From Candidatus Falkowbacteria bacterium GW2011_GWF2_43_32 (lineage in GTDB: Bacteria > Patescibacteriota > Patescibacteriia > Patescibacteriales > UBA12465): 64,000 bases of DNA. Shown one piece after another: positions 38,670-48,852 of the stretch. Each line of letters begins with the position of its first letter. The first letter of the stretch is position 1. The notes under the pieces are model-generated. The model was not told where the DNA came from. It did no database searches and saw only the letters and a program-made list of their open reading frames with translations. Location of the stretch: the NCBI GenBank assembly GCA_000999715.1, contig LCGL01000001.1, forward strand, positions 259,139 to 323,138, written 5' to 3'. The translations under genes and the position numbers were made by a program.

Positions 38670-39965
38670 TTAATGTGCCAACTCAATGCCTTCTGGAACA
38701 TCAAAGGATTCAAAAATCTCTTGTAAGTCAGCATTTCTAATAAAAAAATAAAACGTAGAATCAATTATCTTTAATGTCCTAATACTTTTATCATAGTCAA
38801 ATAAGGGAGGAACAATTCCTCTTTTAATCTGTGATGCGACAATATTATGTAAAAAATTACTCATATCAGATGGCCTTACGTCATTGGGTCGATGATGAAA
38901 TGATTTTATGCCTGTTTGTATCTCCACTCTCTTAAACCCAGCTACCATCGCATCAAAATCTTGAACAAAAAGGAATTTAATAAAGTAATAAGGGAGAAAG
39001 AGTTGTGTATCTGCGGATCCTCCGCCACGTTGCTCAATAAAAGTTTCAACGCTTCTTAAATGCCTCCCAGAATAATCTTGCCATTTTTTCTCTTTTGCTT
39101 TCCTAAGATTATCAAAACCTAATATAACTTTATCAGCGCCGGTATTCTCGACGCCAGCGGCTAGACAAACTTCTTTGCAAAGTTCCTGAAAAACACCCAC
39201 ACTATCAAAAGATAAATTTACCAGCTCTTCAAATATTTCATCAAATCGAACATTTAGCAACGGGCTACCGCTTTCTATAATTTTTCTAAAATCTTCCTTT
39301 GACCATGGCTCAACCGGTATCTCTATCAACCTATCTTGGAGATCTCCGTTAAATTGAGCTAATCTATTTTTTTCTCTCCATATGCCTAAAATAATAAATA
39401 GAATATTATTATCTTCAAAAACTCTTAAATGATGCGCTAACTGTTTTTGCACTTCCTCTGGTAAATAATGAAAATTTTCTAAAATAATTCTTTTCTTAAA
39501 GCCAATTTTTATTAATATTTCACAAATATCCTGCGGCAATTCTAAATTATACTCAACCGTGCTATATTTTATCTCTTCTGAACTGGTTCCCGCTAACTCT
39601 GACCCAACTTTTGCATCGCCTGAAAAAAATGGTATTAATACCTTTGCTCTTACTTCTCCGGATATGCCGCCTTTTGTTTCCTCTCTCAAAGATTTCTCAA
39701 TTTCAAATTTGATATTTAACTGACGCAAAATAGATCTATATATATCAATAGGTGTAGTTTCCGGAGCACAATTTATTCTGACAAATTCTGTTTCAGCTAA
39801 ATGTCTATTAGTCAAAGCTGATTTCCCTTGCTTTGAGGAACCGAAAACTATAATGTGTTTTCTGGTTTCTATAGCTCTAAGAAATAATAAATCGACACTT
39901 TCTCTTTCTATATAGCTCTTTATGTCACTATTTGAAACGCCAAACACTTCAATGGTTTTGCTCAT
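38670..39965 (-). CDS. P-loop ATPase (AAA+/STAND-like)
   Basis: YIERE, Walker A GSSKQGKS, Walker B-like IILENFH, helical C-terminus; AT-rich composition unlike core genes. Confidence 0.8.
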   Translation of the reverse strand: MSKTIEVFGVSNSDIKSYIERESVDLLFLRAIETRKHIIVFGSSKQGKSALTNRHLAETEFVRINCAPETTPIDIYRSILRQLNIKFEIEKSLREETKGGISGEVRAKVLIPFFSGDAKVGSELAGTSSEEIKYSTVEYNLELPQDICEILIKIGFKKRIILENFHYLPEEVQKQLAHHLRVFEDNNILFIILGIWREKNRLAQFNGDLQDRLIEIPVEPWSKEDFRKIIESGSPLLNVRFDEIFEELVNLSFDSVGVFQELCKEVCLAAGVENTGADKVILGFDNLRKAKEKKWQDYSGRHLRSVETFIEQRGGGSADTQLFLPYYFIKFLFVQDFDAMVAGFKRVEIQTGIKSFHHRPNDVRPSDMSNFLHNIVASQIKRGIVPPLFDYDKSIRTLKIIDSTFYFFIRNADLQEIFESFDVPEGIELAH

Positions 39966-40051
39966 AAATAATTTTTTTAGTTAAATATTGTATAACAAAA
40001 ACCCCCATTACGAGGGTTTCTGTAATCTGGGGGTTTATAAACCCCCGTAAA

Positions 40052-40126
40052 TGGAGCGGGTAACGGGAATCGAACCCGTCTCTCGACCTTGGCAAGGTCG
40101 CATAATAACCACTATACGATACCCGC
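40052..40126 (-). tRNA. tRNA-Gly(GCC)
   Basis: GCGGGTA acceptor; anticodon arm CGACC-TTGCCAA-GGTCG; TCCA end. Confidence 0.95.
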
Positions 40127-40141
40127 AATATTTTAATCACG

Positions 40142-40224
40142 TGGTCCAGGTGGGACTCGAACCCACACGCCTTTTGGGCACAGCATTTTAAGTGCTGCGT
40201 GTATACCAGTTCCACCACTGGACC
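40142..40224 (-). tRNA. tRNA-Leu(TAA)
   Basis: Anticodon arm CAGCA-CTTAAAA-TGCTG; long variable arm. Confidence 0.95.
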
Positions 40225-40241
40225 TCTCCTGTTTGACTCTG

Positions 40242-40651
40242 TGGAGATGATGGGAGTTGAACCCATGTCCAACCGGTTTCCCTAAATACCTGTACAAAAA
40301 TAGTTCGATTTATTTGTTTTAACCTCAACCATCAATAACCGAACGAAAAGCGATTGAAGCGATCTTCCTGCTTGTTTCGACGTTTTCCGGAAAGCGCGGT
40401 TAAACGTCTATCTCCATACCCGCTTCGCCGAAGCGAGGCGAGCTTATGACACCGGCCGTCGCTTATGAAGACTGGGCGCGACCGATGGCTATGGAACCTT
40501 TATTAGGCCATAACTGGAGCGTAACTCGGGCAAGCCCAAGTGAACGCTTTTGCCGTTTTGGCATTTGTGTTTTTTTAGTCGGTTTTGCGTGACGGCTAAG
40601 CACGTTTTGAGTATTTAAGAAAAGTCCCGGCTGTCGATGCCTGGCATCCCC
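40242..40651 (-). ncRNA. ssrA: tmRNA
   Basis: 5' GGGGATG..TCGAC; 3' GACATGGGTTCAACTCCCATCATCTCCA with G3:U pair; tag ORF 40562-40503; directly after smpB. Confidence 0.95.
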
Positions 40652-40685
40652 TTTAATCGTTAAGCGGCCGCCGAAGCGGCTGAAC

Positions 40686-41144
40686 TCAGCGTCTTTTTGT
40701 CAATGATCGCAAGTGTCTTTCCACTTCCCGTTTCTTGATGGTTTCCCGTTTATCATACTTCTTTTTCCCTTTGGCCACGGCAAATTCCAGCTTCAGAAAA
40801 CTACGATTAGTATATATTTTGAGAGGGATAAGTGTCAAGCCTTCCGTACGAATTTTACCCAACAAATGATTAATTTCCTGGCGCTTCAACAGCAATTTTC
40901 TTTCCCGCCGCTGATTATAATCCGGCATCGTACCGGCGTTCTTGAACGGTGAAATTTGGCAATTGACGAGATACAATTCCGTCTGTCCGTTCTTGGTGCG
41001 CAAAGAAATGAAACTGCCCTTCAAACTGGCCTGACCGGCGCGCACCGCCTTCACTTCGTGTCCGAATAAAACTAAGCCGGCCTCATATTTATTGAGAATT
41101 TCATAATCAAAATTAGCCTTTTTATTTTGTGCCAGCGGGGGCAT
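40686..41144 (-). CDS. smpB: SsrA-binding protein
   Basis: NKKANFDY, EAGLVLFGHEVKA, RKLLL, KGKKKYDKR. Confidence 0.97.
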   Translation of the reverse strand: MPPLAQNKKANFDYEILNKYEAGLVLFGHEVKAVRAGQASLKGSFISLRTKNGQTELYLVNCQISPFKNAGTMPDYNQRRERKLLLKRQEINHLLGKIRTEGLTLIPLKIYTNRSFLKLEFAVAKGKKKYDKRETIKKREVERHLRSLTKRR

Positions 41145-42423
41145 AGTTCCATTCTTTTAATTGGGCGATGACTTTTTCGTTAGTTAAAATATTTCTCAAA
41201 TAATCGGTATAACCGGCTTCTCCCAAAACTTTGGACACCTCTTTATTGTCCGCGTACTGTTTTTTCAGCTCGGCGATTTTATCCGCGATTTCTTTGTCGC
41301 TAACCATAATTTTTTCCAACACGGCGATTTCACGAATCACTAAAGCCGATTTGACGCGCTTCACCGCGTTCGGCAAAAGTTCCAGTTGCAAAGCTTCGCG
41401 AGTTTTTTTCAGATGTCCGAGATAATCTTCAAACTTGCCGCCTTGACGAACGATATTCGTTTCCAGCTCTGTCATGATGTTACGCGATTCGCTCTCCACC
41501 AAAACATCCGGCAAATCGCCGAATTTGGTATCGGCGATAATTTTGGAAATCATCTCCGCCTCGTTTTTTAAATCCGTATTGCGTTTTTTCTCCTGTTCCA
41601 AGCTTTCCTTCAAATTGGTCTTCAGTTCCGCCAAAGTTTTCAAACGAAAAAACCCGGCAAACTCGTCATTCAATTCCGGCAAAGTGCGGCTGTAAATATC
41701 CTTCACGGTTACCGCAAATTCCACCAACTTGCCGGCGATATTTTTTTGATGATGATTATCGGGATACGGCAAGCTAAACTTTTTTTCTTCGCCTTTTTTC
41801 GCGCCCAATAATTGTTTGTCAAAACCCGGAACGAAATAATCCTTGCCGACAATAATCGTCGCCCCTTGATGCTGGCCGTCTTCCAACGGCACTTTGTCTA
41901 AAAACATCTTGATATCCGCGACCACTTTATCGCCGTCGCCGATGGCTCGATCCGCCAACGCCTCTTGCGCCCGCATCTCGCGCAAATCGTGCAAAGATTT
42001 TTCTATCTCTTTATCTTCCACCGATACCGCTTCCGGCTTAAGCCCCAAGTCTTTATATTTTCCCAAAGCGATGCTCGGCAAACAGGAAATCACAATCTTA
42101 TATTCCAAAGGATTATTCGGCGCCAATTTCGTCACGTTAACTTGCGGCTGTCCGATCGCCTGAACGCCAATCGTATTTTGTTCAATGACATCGTCAATCG
42201 TTTTGTGAATGGCCAGATGCGCCGCTTCTTCCAAAATCGTCATCTCGCCGATTTTCTGTTTCAAAATTTCATACGGCACTTTTCCGGGACGAAAACCTTC
42301 AATTTTAATCGTGGCGGCCACTTTTTCCGCTCCTTTGGGAATATAGGGGGCAAATTCTTCAACACTCAATTCTACCGATAATTCCAATTGCGATTTGGGC
42401 AATTCTTTTTTGACAACTTGCAT
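41122..42423 (-). CDS. tig: Trigger factor
   Basis: GFRPGKVP ribosome-binding motif and FKBP domain. Confidence 0.96.
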   Translation of the reverse strand: MQVVKKELPKSQLELSVELSVEEFAPYIPKGAEKVAATIKIEGFRPGKVPYEILKQKIGEMTILEEAAHLAIHKTIDDVIEQNTIGVQAIGQPQVNVTKLAPNNPLEYKIVISCLPSIALGKYKDLGLKPEAVSVEDKEIEKSLHDLREMRAQEALADRAIGDGDKVVADIKMFLDKVPLEDGQHQGATIIVGKDYFVPGFDKQLLGAKKGEEKKFSLPYPDNHHQKNIAGKLVEFAVTVKDIYSRTLPELNDEFAGFFRLKTLAELKTNLKESLEQEKKRNTDLKNEAEMISKIIADTKFGDLPDVLVESESRNIMTELETNIVRQGGKFEDYLGHLKKTREALQLELLPNAVKRVKSALVIREIAVLEKIMVSDKEIADKIAELKKQYADNKEVSKVLGEAGYTDYLRNILTNEKVIAQLKEWNYAPAGTK

Positions 42424-42453
42424 AAGCGAATAAATAAACGAAATTAAAAATCT

Positions 42454-44463
42454 CTACAACAATAACCCGACGATGAGCAAAGCCACGATGTTCAAAACTT
42501 TGATCATCGGATTGATTGCCGGACCGGCCGTATCCTTATAAGGATCACCGACCGTGTCTCCGGTCACCGCCGCTTTATGAGCATCGGAACCTTTGCCGCC
42601 AAAATGACCGGCTTCAATATATTTCTTGGCGTTATCCCAGGCACCGCCGCCGGAAGTCATGGATACCGCCACAAAAATACCGGTGATGATGGAACCGACC
42701 AACAACCCGCCCAAAGCTTCCACGCCGTGTCCGGCTCCGAATAAATTAAAACCAAAACCGATTAAAATCGGCACGACCACCGGAATCAAGGCCGGAATAA
42801 TCATTTCCCGAATAGCCGCCTTGGTGACGATATCAACCGTGCGCCCGTAATCCGGCTTTTCCGTGCCGTCCATAATGCCGGCCTTTTCTTTAAATTGCGC
42901 CCGCACATCTTCCACTACCGAACCGGCCGCGCGACCGACCGCTTTCATGGCCATCGCTCCGAACAAATAAGGCAACAAACCGCCGATAAACAATCCGACC
43001 AGGACATAAGGATTATCAATCAAAAATTGTATCTGTCCGCCGCCTTCTTTTATCTTAAAAGTAAAATCCGCGAACAAGACCAGGGCCGCCAAAGCCGCCG
43101 AACCGATAGCATAACCTTTGGTAACCGCTTTGGTCGTATTACCGACCGCGTCCAAGGGGTCGGTCACATTGCGCACGTCTTCTCCCAGCTCCGCCATTTC
43201 GGCAATACCGCCGGCGTTATCGGTGATCGGACCGTAAGCGTCAATCGTTACAATGATGCCGGCCATGGATAACATCGCCATCGCGGCCACCGCGATGCCG
43301 TAAAGTCCGGCTAAAGAAAAGGCGCCTAAAATCGCCAAACAAATAATGATAATCGGCCAAGCCGTAGACTTCATGGAAACCGCCAAACCGGCGATGACAT
43401 TCGTGCCGCTGCCGGTGCGCGATGCCTCGGCGATGCCTTTAACCGGACCGAATTTGGTGGAGGTGTAATATTCGGTTACGACCACCAATAAACCGGTAAC
43501 GGCCAAGCCGATTAAACTGGCGAAATAAATTTTCAAACTCAAACCGCCGACAATGAAATATTTGGTCAAGGGATAAAAAGCGATCGCCGATAAGACACCG
43601 GCGGCAATTAAACCTTTATACAAGGCGCGCATGATATTTTGCTTTTTGCCGAGACGAATGAAGAAAATGCCGATGATGGAAGCGATGATGGACACCGCGC
43701 CCAAAACCAACGGATATAAAATGATATTGGCGTTCCCCGCAAAAGTCAGACTGCCCAAAACCATCGCCGCGATGGACGTGACGGCGTAAGTTTCAAACAA
43801 GTCGGCCGCCATGCCGGCGCAGTCACCCACGTTGTCGCCGACGTTATCGGCGATAACCGCCGGATTGCGCGGATCGTCTTCCGGAATATTGGCCTCCACT
43901 TTACCCACCAAATCCGCGCCGACATCCGCCGCTTTGGTATAAATGCCTCCGCCCAAGCGGGCAAAAATGGAAATCAAAGAACCGCCGAAAGCAAAGCCGA
44001 TCAAAGCATGCAAATCATAAGTCAAAAAATAAAAACCGGCCGTGCCCAACAAGGCTAACCCGACAACCAATAAACCGGTTACACTGCCGCCGCGTACCGC
44101 GACATTCAAGGCCTTCTGCAAGCCGCCCCGCGCCGCTTCCGTGGTACGAACATTGGCGCGCACGCTCACGTACATACCGATATATCCAGTTAAAGCCGAA
44201 AAAACCGCGCCGCTAATAAACGCCGCCGCCGTCAGCCAACCTAAAATCGGCACGAAACCGATAATCAAAAATAAAACAATGGCCACGATGGCGACCGATT
44301 TATACTGACGATTCAAGAACGCCTTGGCGCCGGCTTGAATCGCCGCCGCGATAGTTTGCATTTTTTCATTTCCGGCCGGCAACCGCAGAATGGACACGAT
44401 CACCAGAGCGCCGTAAATCAAAGCGATCAACGCACTGCTCAGAATTAAAAGATTGGTTAACAT
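42454..44463 (-). CDS. hppA: Membrane proton-translocating pyrophosphatase (K+-independent signature)
   Basis: [36 protein letters not shown]. Confidence 0.96.
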   Translation of the reverse strand: MLTNLLILSSALIALIYGALVIVSILRLPAGNEKMQTIAAAIQAGAKAFLNRQYKSVAIVAIVLFLIIGFVPILGWLTAAAFISGAVFSALTGYIGMYVSVRANVRTTEAARGGLQKALNVAVRGGSVTGLLVVGLALLGTAGFYFLTYDLHALIGFAFGGSLISIFARLGGGIYTKAADVGADLVGKVEANIPEDDPRNPAVIADNVGDNVGDCAGMAADLFETYAVTSIAAMVLGSLTFAGNANIILYPLVLGAVSIIASIIGIFFIRLGKKQNIMRALYKGLIAAGVLSAIAFYPLTKYFIVGGLSLKIYFASLIGLAVTGLLVVVTEYYTSTKFGPVKGIAEASRTGSGTNVIAGLAVSMKSTAWPIIIICLAILGAFSLAGLYGIAVAAMAMLSMAGIIVTIDAYGPITDNAGGIAEMAELGEDVRNVTDPLDAVGNTTKAVTKGYAIGSAALAALVLFADFTFKIKEGGGQIQFLIDNPYVLVGLFIGGLLPYLFGAMAMKAVGRAAGSVVEDVRAQFKEKAGIMDGTEKPDYGRTVDIVTKAAIREMIIPALIPVVVPILIGFGFNLFGAGHGVEALGGLLVGSIITGIFVAVSMTSGGGAWDNAKKYIEAGHFGGKGSDAHKAAVTGDTVGDPYKDTAGPAINPMIKVLNIVALLIVGLLL

Positions 44464-44495
44464 AGATTTAAAAATTCTTATTATTTTTAATAATT

Positions 44496-45860
44496 TTATT
44501 CTTTCTCTTTTTTAACCTTTTTGGTTTTTTTGGGTTTGGCCTTGTCTTTTTCAACGACCTCTGCGGCAACGCTTTCCGCCGTCGTTTCGACTGTCGCTTC
44601 GGTAGTCGTTTCAGCAGTCGCTTCGGCGACCTCTCCCTCCGCGATTTCCATATTGTTCTCGTCCACGCCCAAAACTTTCTTCTCGCCTTCTTCGGACGCC
44701 TCAATAATATCAATTTTCCAACCGGTCAAGCGCGCCGCCAAACGAACATTTTGTCCGGCCTTGCCGATTGCCAACGATAATTTATCGGAACTGACTTTGA
44801 CAATCGCTTTATGCTCGGCTTCGTTTAATTCAATGGAAATCACTTTGGCCGGAGCCAGGGCATTGGCGATAAACTTCGCCGGCTCTTCGTTATACTCGAT
44901 AATATCGATTTTTTCTCCGCCCAATTCGCTGATAATCGTCTGAACGCGACTGCCGCGCTGTCCGACACAAGAGCCGACCGGATCAACATTTTCCGCTTCC
45001 GTCCAAATCGCCACTTTCGAGCGCGATCCGGCTTCACGGGCTACCGCTTTTATTTCCACCAAGCCATTGGCCACTTCCGGAATTTCCAAATAAAAAATCT
45101 TACGCAAAATTTCTTCGGAACGACGCGATAAAATTATTTCCGGACCTTTATGTCCCTCGCGCACTTCTTTGATAAAAACTTTAACGCGGTCATTCGGGTT
45201 ATAACGTTCGCTGTAAATTTGTTCTTCGGCCGGAAGCAAGCCGATCGCTTTGCCCAAATCGACAAAAACGAATCGTCCTTCGCGACGCTGAACGATGCCG
45301 GAAACCACTTCTCTTTCCTTGCCTTTAAACTCGCTGAAAATCATATCGCGTTCCATTTCCCGAAGTTTCTGGATGATAACTTGCTTGGCGGTCTGAGCGG
45401 CCATGCGTCCGTAGCTGTCCGGCACCGGCAATTCGGTAACCAATTCGTCGCCGATATTGGCATTATGCTTTAAAATACCGGCTTCTTTAAGTTGAATGTC
45501 GGTTTTCGGATTAAACTTTTTTCGGCCTTCTTCCCCCGCCTCTTCCTCTTTTCTCAACTCCGGAGCTTTAAAATCATTACGAATTTCTTCTTTATGAAGT
45601 TCTTTCTGATTCGGATTATATAAATTCTGAAGCATTTCCGCCTCTTCTTCTTCCGGCAAATTTTCCACCACGGTCTTCACGTCAAAAACTTCCGTTTTAC
45701 CGGAATTCGGATCGAACTTCACGCGAATGTTTTGATTGCGCTCGCCGTAATCTTTGCGATAAGCGGCCGCCAAAGCTAATTCCACCGCGCCGATAACCGC
45801 CTGATAGTCCAGGTTTTTTTCTTCGCACAATTGCTTGATGGCCGCGCTTATTTCTGACAT
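44496..45860 (-). CDS. nusA: Transcription factor NusA with low-complexity tail
   Basis: [42 protein letters not shown]. Confidence 0.97.
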   Translation of the reverse strand: MSEISAAIKQLCEEKNLDYQAVIGAVELALAAAYRKDYGERNQNIRVKFDPNSGKTEVFDVKTVVENLPEEEEAEMLQNLYNPNQKELHKEEIRNDFKAPELRKEEEAGEEGRKKFNPKTDIQLKEAGILKHNANIGDELVTELPVPDSYGRMAAQTAKQVIIQKLREMERDMIFSEFKGKEREVVSGIVQRREGRFVFVDLGKAIGLLPAEEQIYSERYNPNDRVKVFIKEVREGHKGPEIILSRRSEEILRKIFYLEIPEVANGLVEIKAVAREAGSRSKVAIWTEAENVDPVGSCVGQRGSRVQTIISELGGEKIDIIEYNEEPAKFIANALAPAKVISIELNEAEHKAIVKVSSDKLSLAIGKAGQNVRLAARLTGWKIDIIEASEEGEKKVLGVDENNMEIAEGEVAEATAETTTEATVETTAESVAAEVVEKDKAKPKKTKKVKKEKE

Positions 45861-45964
45861 ATTATTGTTGTTATTAAAACGCTTATTTAAGAGAAAAAGC
45901 TAATTGTAAGAACAACTAGCTTTCCGGATATATTATAACATTATTATCATTTTTGTAAAGTCGG

Positions 45965-46408
45965 CTAGTAAGGAGAGTAAAACATGTAACCGGGGGTGCC
46001 AGAGATTGTTCTGGTCATCGTCCAAAATATGTAACGCGTAATCGTCCAGGCCGTCATGATAATCACCAAGCCGATAATGGCGTTTTTCAACAAGCCGACC
46101 GATTTTTTGATTTTCTCTTCATTCCCGCCGGAGGTCATATATTGAAAACCGGCGACAATTATCAGCGCCAGAAAAATCATGCCCAAAAAGGTCAAAACGA
46201 TATTGATTATTTTGACAATCGTAATCCGTAAGTCCTGGGGCTCGCCGGCGCTATTATAGGCAAGACCGCCGATTGTTTGCAAACCGATTTGATTGTTGAT
46301 TAAAGACTCATCCGCCTTGACCGGAACGGCGATAATCGCCAAACTAAAAATAGCTAAAAGCAAAAAAGAAAAAATTCTCCTCCCGATCGCCTTTTTAGTG
46401 ATAACCAT
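45965..46408 (-). CDS. TrbC/VirB2-like pilin (CPR type)
   Basis: Signal-like N-terminus, IIVAGFQYMTSGGNEEKI, NAIIGLVII. Confidence 0.85.
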   Translation of the reverse strand: MVITKKAIGRRIFSFLLLAIFSLAIIAVPVKADESLINNQIGLQTIGGLAYNSAGEPQDLRITIVKIINIVLTFLGMIFLALIIVAGFQYMTSGGNEEKIKKSVGLLKNAIIGLVIIMTAWTITRYIFWTMTRTISGTPGYMFYSPY

Positions 46409-46471
46409 AAAATATGATATAATTAAATAGATATCATTATTATATAAAAATCCCTCTTAAAACACAAGAAA

Positions 46472-47974
46472 ATGAGCTTGGCTAAAAAAGTGGCCCATAA
46501 TACCCTGATCCAGATTGCCGGAAAAATCGTCTCTACGATCTTGGGTCTTTTCGCTTTGGCACTCATCACCCGTTATTTGGGCCTGAACGATTTCGGCGAA
46601 TATACCACCGTCATGACGTTTCTGACTTTTTTCGCCGTCATTGCCGATTTGGGGCTGATGGTCGTCACGATGCAAATGATCAGCGGCCATCACAATCAAG
46701 AAGAGGAAAATAAAATCATCAATAATCTTTTCGGCTTTCGCTTGGTCACGGCTTTAATCTGTTTTGCTTTCGCGCCCTTGATAATACTTTTATTCCCCTA
46801 CAGCCCCGCCATCAAGCTCGGCGTAATTATTTCTTTGGCCACTTTTTTCTTTCCGTCGCTCAACCAAGTCATTGTCGGCTTGTTTCAAAAAAGACTGAGC
46901 ATGGATCGCGACGTAGTCGCGGAAGTGGTCAGTCGCCTGGTATTAATCGTCGGCATTTTCGCGGCCAAAGAATTGCAAGCCGGATTTAACGGCATTTTAA
47001 TCGCCACGGGCGCTTCCAGTTTCGCCAACTTTATCTGTCACTATTTGCTGGCCGTAAAATTTGTCGCGATTAAGCCGGTTTTTAATTGGACAATTTGGAA
47101 AAAAATAATTTCCAAATCCTGGCCGCTGACCATCACTATCGTTTTCAATTTGATCTACTTGCGCGCCGATATTTTGATTCTGTCTTTATTCCGCGGCGCC
47201 GATGAAGTCGGTTTATACGGCGCGGCCTATAAAATCATTGACGTACTGACCGCTCTGCCTTTTATGTTCGGCGCTTTGATTCTGCCGATTATCACCACCG
47301 CCTGGCTGGACAATAACCCGGCTTATTTCAAAAAAGTCTTGCAAAAATCTTTTGATTTTATGGCCATTGTCGCCATTCCTTTGGTAATCGGCGCGCAATT
47401 TCTCGGCCAACCGTTAATGTCGCTCGTCGCCGGTCGCGATTTTATCGCCGCCGGCGGAATTTTACAAATCCTGATTTTTGCCGTCGCGGCCATCTTTTTG
47501 GGCACGATGTTCTCTTACGCGGTAATTGCCATGGACAAACAAAAAAAGATGATCGGTTTCTATGCCTTTACCAGCGCCACTTCCCTGATCGCCTATTTGA
47601 TTCTGATTCCTCGGTTTTCTTATTTGGGCGCCGCCGCCGTCACTATTTACAGCGAGGTCTTAATCGGCCTCTTCGCCGCTTATTGTCTCTTTAAATACAG
47701 CCGCTGGTTGCCGGGGATAAAAACCTTTTTGAAAGTCCTGTTCAGCGGTGCCGTCATGGGCGGCTTCCTATATTTTCTGGCCATCGGCCGATACCTCGGT
47801 ATTCTGGAATTGATTTTGATCATTAGCGCCGCTAGCTTAATTTATTTTTCTTCTTTATACTTGATAGGCGGCATCAAACCTGAAGATCTCGCCGCCATTT
47901 TCTCTCGTTCCCGAGAAAAAAACACCCCGCCTTACAATCCCGGCGACGAGCTCGGCTCGGGAACCGGACTATAA
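46472..47974 (+). CDS. Wzx-type polysaccharide flippase (MOP family)
   Basis: ~14 TM helices; RYLG...FGEY, ADLG, VGLYGAAYK. Confidence 0.88.
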   Translation: MSLAKKVAHNTLIQIAGKIVSTILGLFALALITRYLGLNDFGEYTTVMTFLTFFAVIADLGLMVVTMQMISGHHNQEEENKIINNLFGFRLVTALICFAFAPLIILLFPYSPAIKLGVIISLATFFFPSLNQVIVGLFQKRLSMDRDVVAEVVSRLVLIVGIFAAKELQAGFNGILIATGASSFANFICHYLLAVKFVAIKPVFNWTIWKKIISKSWPLTITIVFNLIYLRADILILSLFRGADEVGLYGAAYKIIDVLTALPFMFGALILPIITTAWLDNNPAYFKKVLQKSFDFMAIVAIPLVIGAQFLGQPLMSLVAGRDFIAAGGILQILIFAVAAIFLGTMFSYAVIAMDKQKKMIGFYAFTSATSLIAYLILIPRFSYLGAAAVTIYSEVLIGLFAAYCLFKYSRWLPGIKTFLKVLFSGAVMGGFLYFLAIGRYLGILELILIISAASLIYFSSLYLIGGIKPEDLAAIFSRSREKNTPPYNPGDELGSGTGL

Positions 47975-47981
47975 AACAAAT

Positions 47982-48758
47982 ATGACCACTAAACTTTTAT
48001 CCGTTGTCCCGGAAATAATTTCGGACAACGGCGAATATTTGATAATCAACAAACCGGCCGGCCTGGCCGTTCACGGCGGCGGCAATTTGAAAGAGCCGAC
48101 TCTGGCGGATTGGCTGATCGCCAAGTATCCCAAAATCAAAACGGTCGGCGACGATCCCGCGCGCCCCGGCCTGGTTCATCGTTTGGACAAAGATGTCAGC
48201 GGACTGATGGTCATCGCCAAAAACAATAAAAGTTTCGCCAATCTAAAAAATCAATTTAAAAGTCGTGAAATCAACAAAGAATATTTGGCGTTGGTGCACG
48301 GCCGTTTACTGAAAGACGAGGACACGATTGATTTTCCGATCAAACGTTCGGCCGCCGGCTATAAAATGGCCGCCCTGCCCTTGAATTCTTCGCGACTGCT
48401 CACCAGGCGACATCCCCAGGGACGCGATCAAGGCAATATTGACGGTTGGTTTAAGTCTCGGCCAGCCACAACCGAGTTCACGGTCTTAAAAAAATTCGTC
48501 AATTACGCTTTTCTGCGCGTTAAAATCATTACCGGCCGAACACATCAAATTCGTGTTCATTTGTCCGCCTATGGCCATCCCTTGGTCGGCGATGATTTAT
48601 ACGGCACCAAAAAAACCAAAGCAAAAAATAAAAAGTTGGCGCTGGGCCGCATTTTCTTGGTGGCCAATCATCTCAGTTTCCTTGATTTAAAAGGCAAACA
48701 ACAAGATTTTTCCCTGTCTTTGCCCGCTGAATTAGAGGCCGTTTTGCCGAAACATTAA
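47982..48758 (+). CDS. RluA/RluD-family pseudouridine synthase (no S4 domain)
   Basis: INKPAG, VHRLDKDVSG, TGRTHQIRVH, GDDLYG. Confidence 0.93.
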   Translation: MTTKLLSVVPEIISDNGEYLIINKPAGLAVHGGGNLKEPTLADWLIAKYPKIKTVGDDPARPGLVHRLDKDVSGLMVIAKNNKSFANLKNQFKSREINKEYLALVHGRLLKDEDTIDFPIKRSAAGYKMAALPLNSSRLLTRRHPQGRDQGNIDGWFKSRPATTEFTVLKKFVNYAFLRVKIITGRTHQIRVHLSAYGHPLVGDDLYGTKKTKAKNKKLALGRIFLVANHLSFLDLKGKQQDFSLSLPAELEAVLPKH

Positions 48759-48852
48759 AATTAACGCCAAATTCAAGCGCCGTTTTTGACGTTTAAAAGA
48801 ATTTACCGTATAATATAGATGAAAATTTAAAAAAATAATTAAAATAAAAATT

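Noticed and set aside
39949..40272. 107-aa ORF upstream of the ATPase
   Set aside because: It runs through tmRNA, tRNA-Leu and tRNA-Gly
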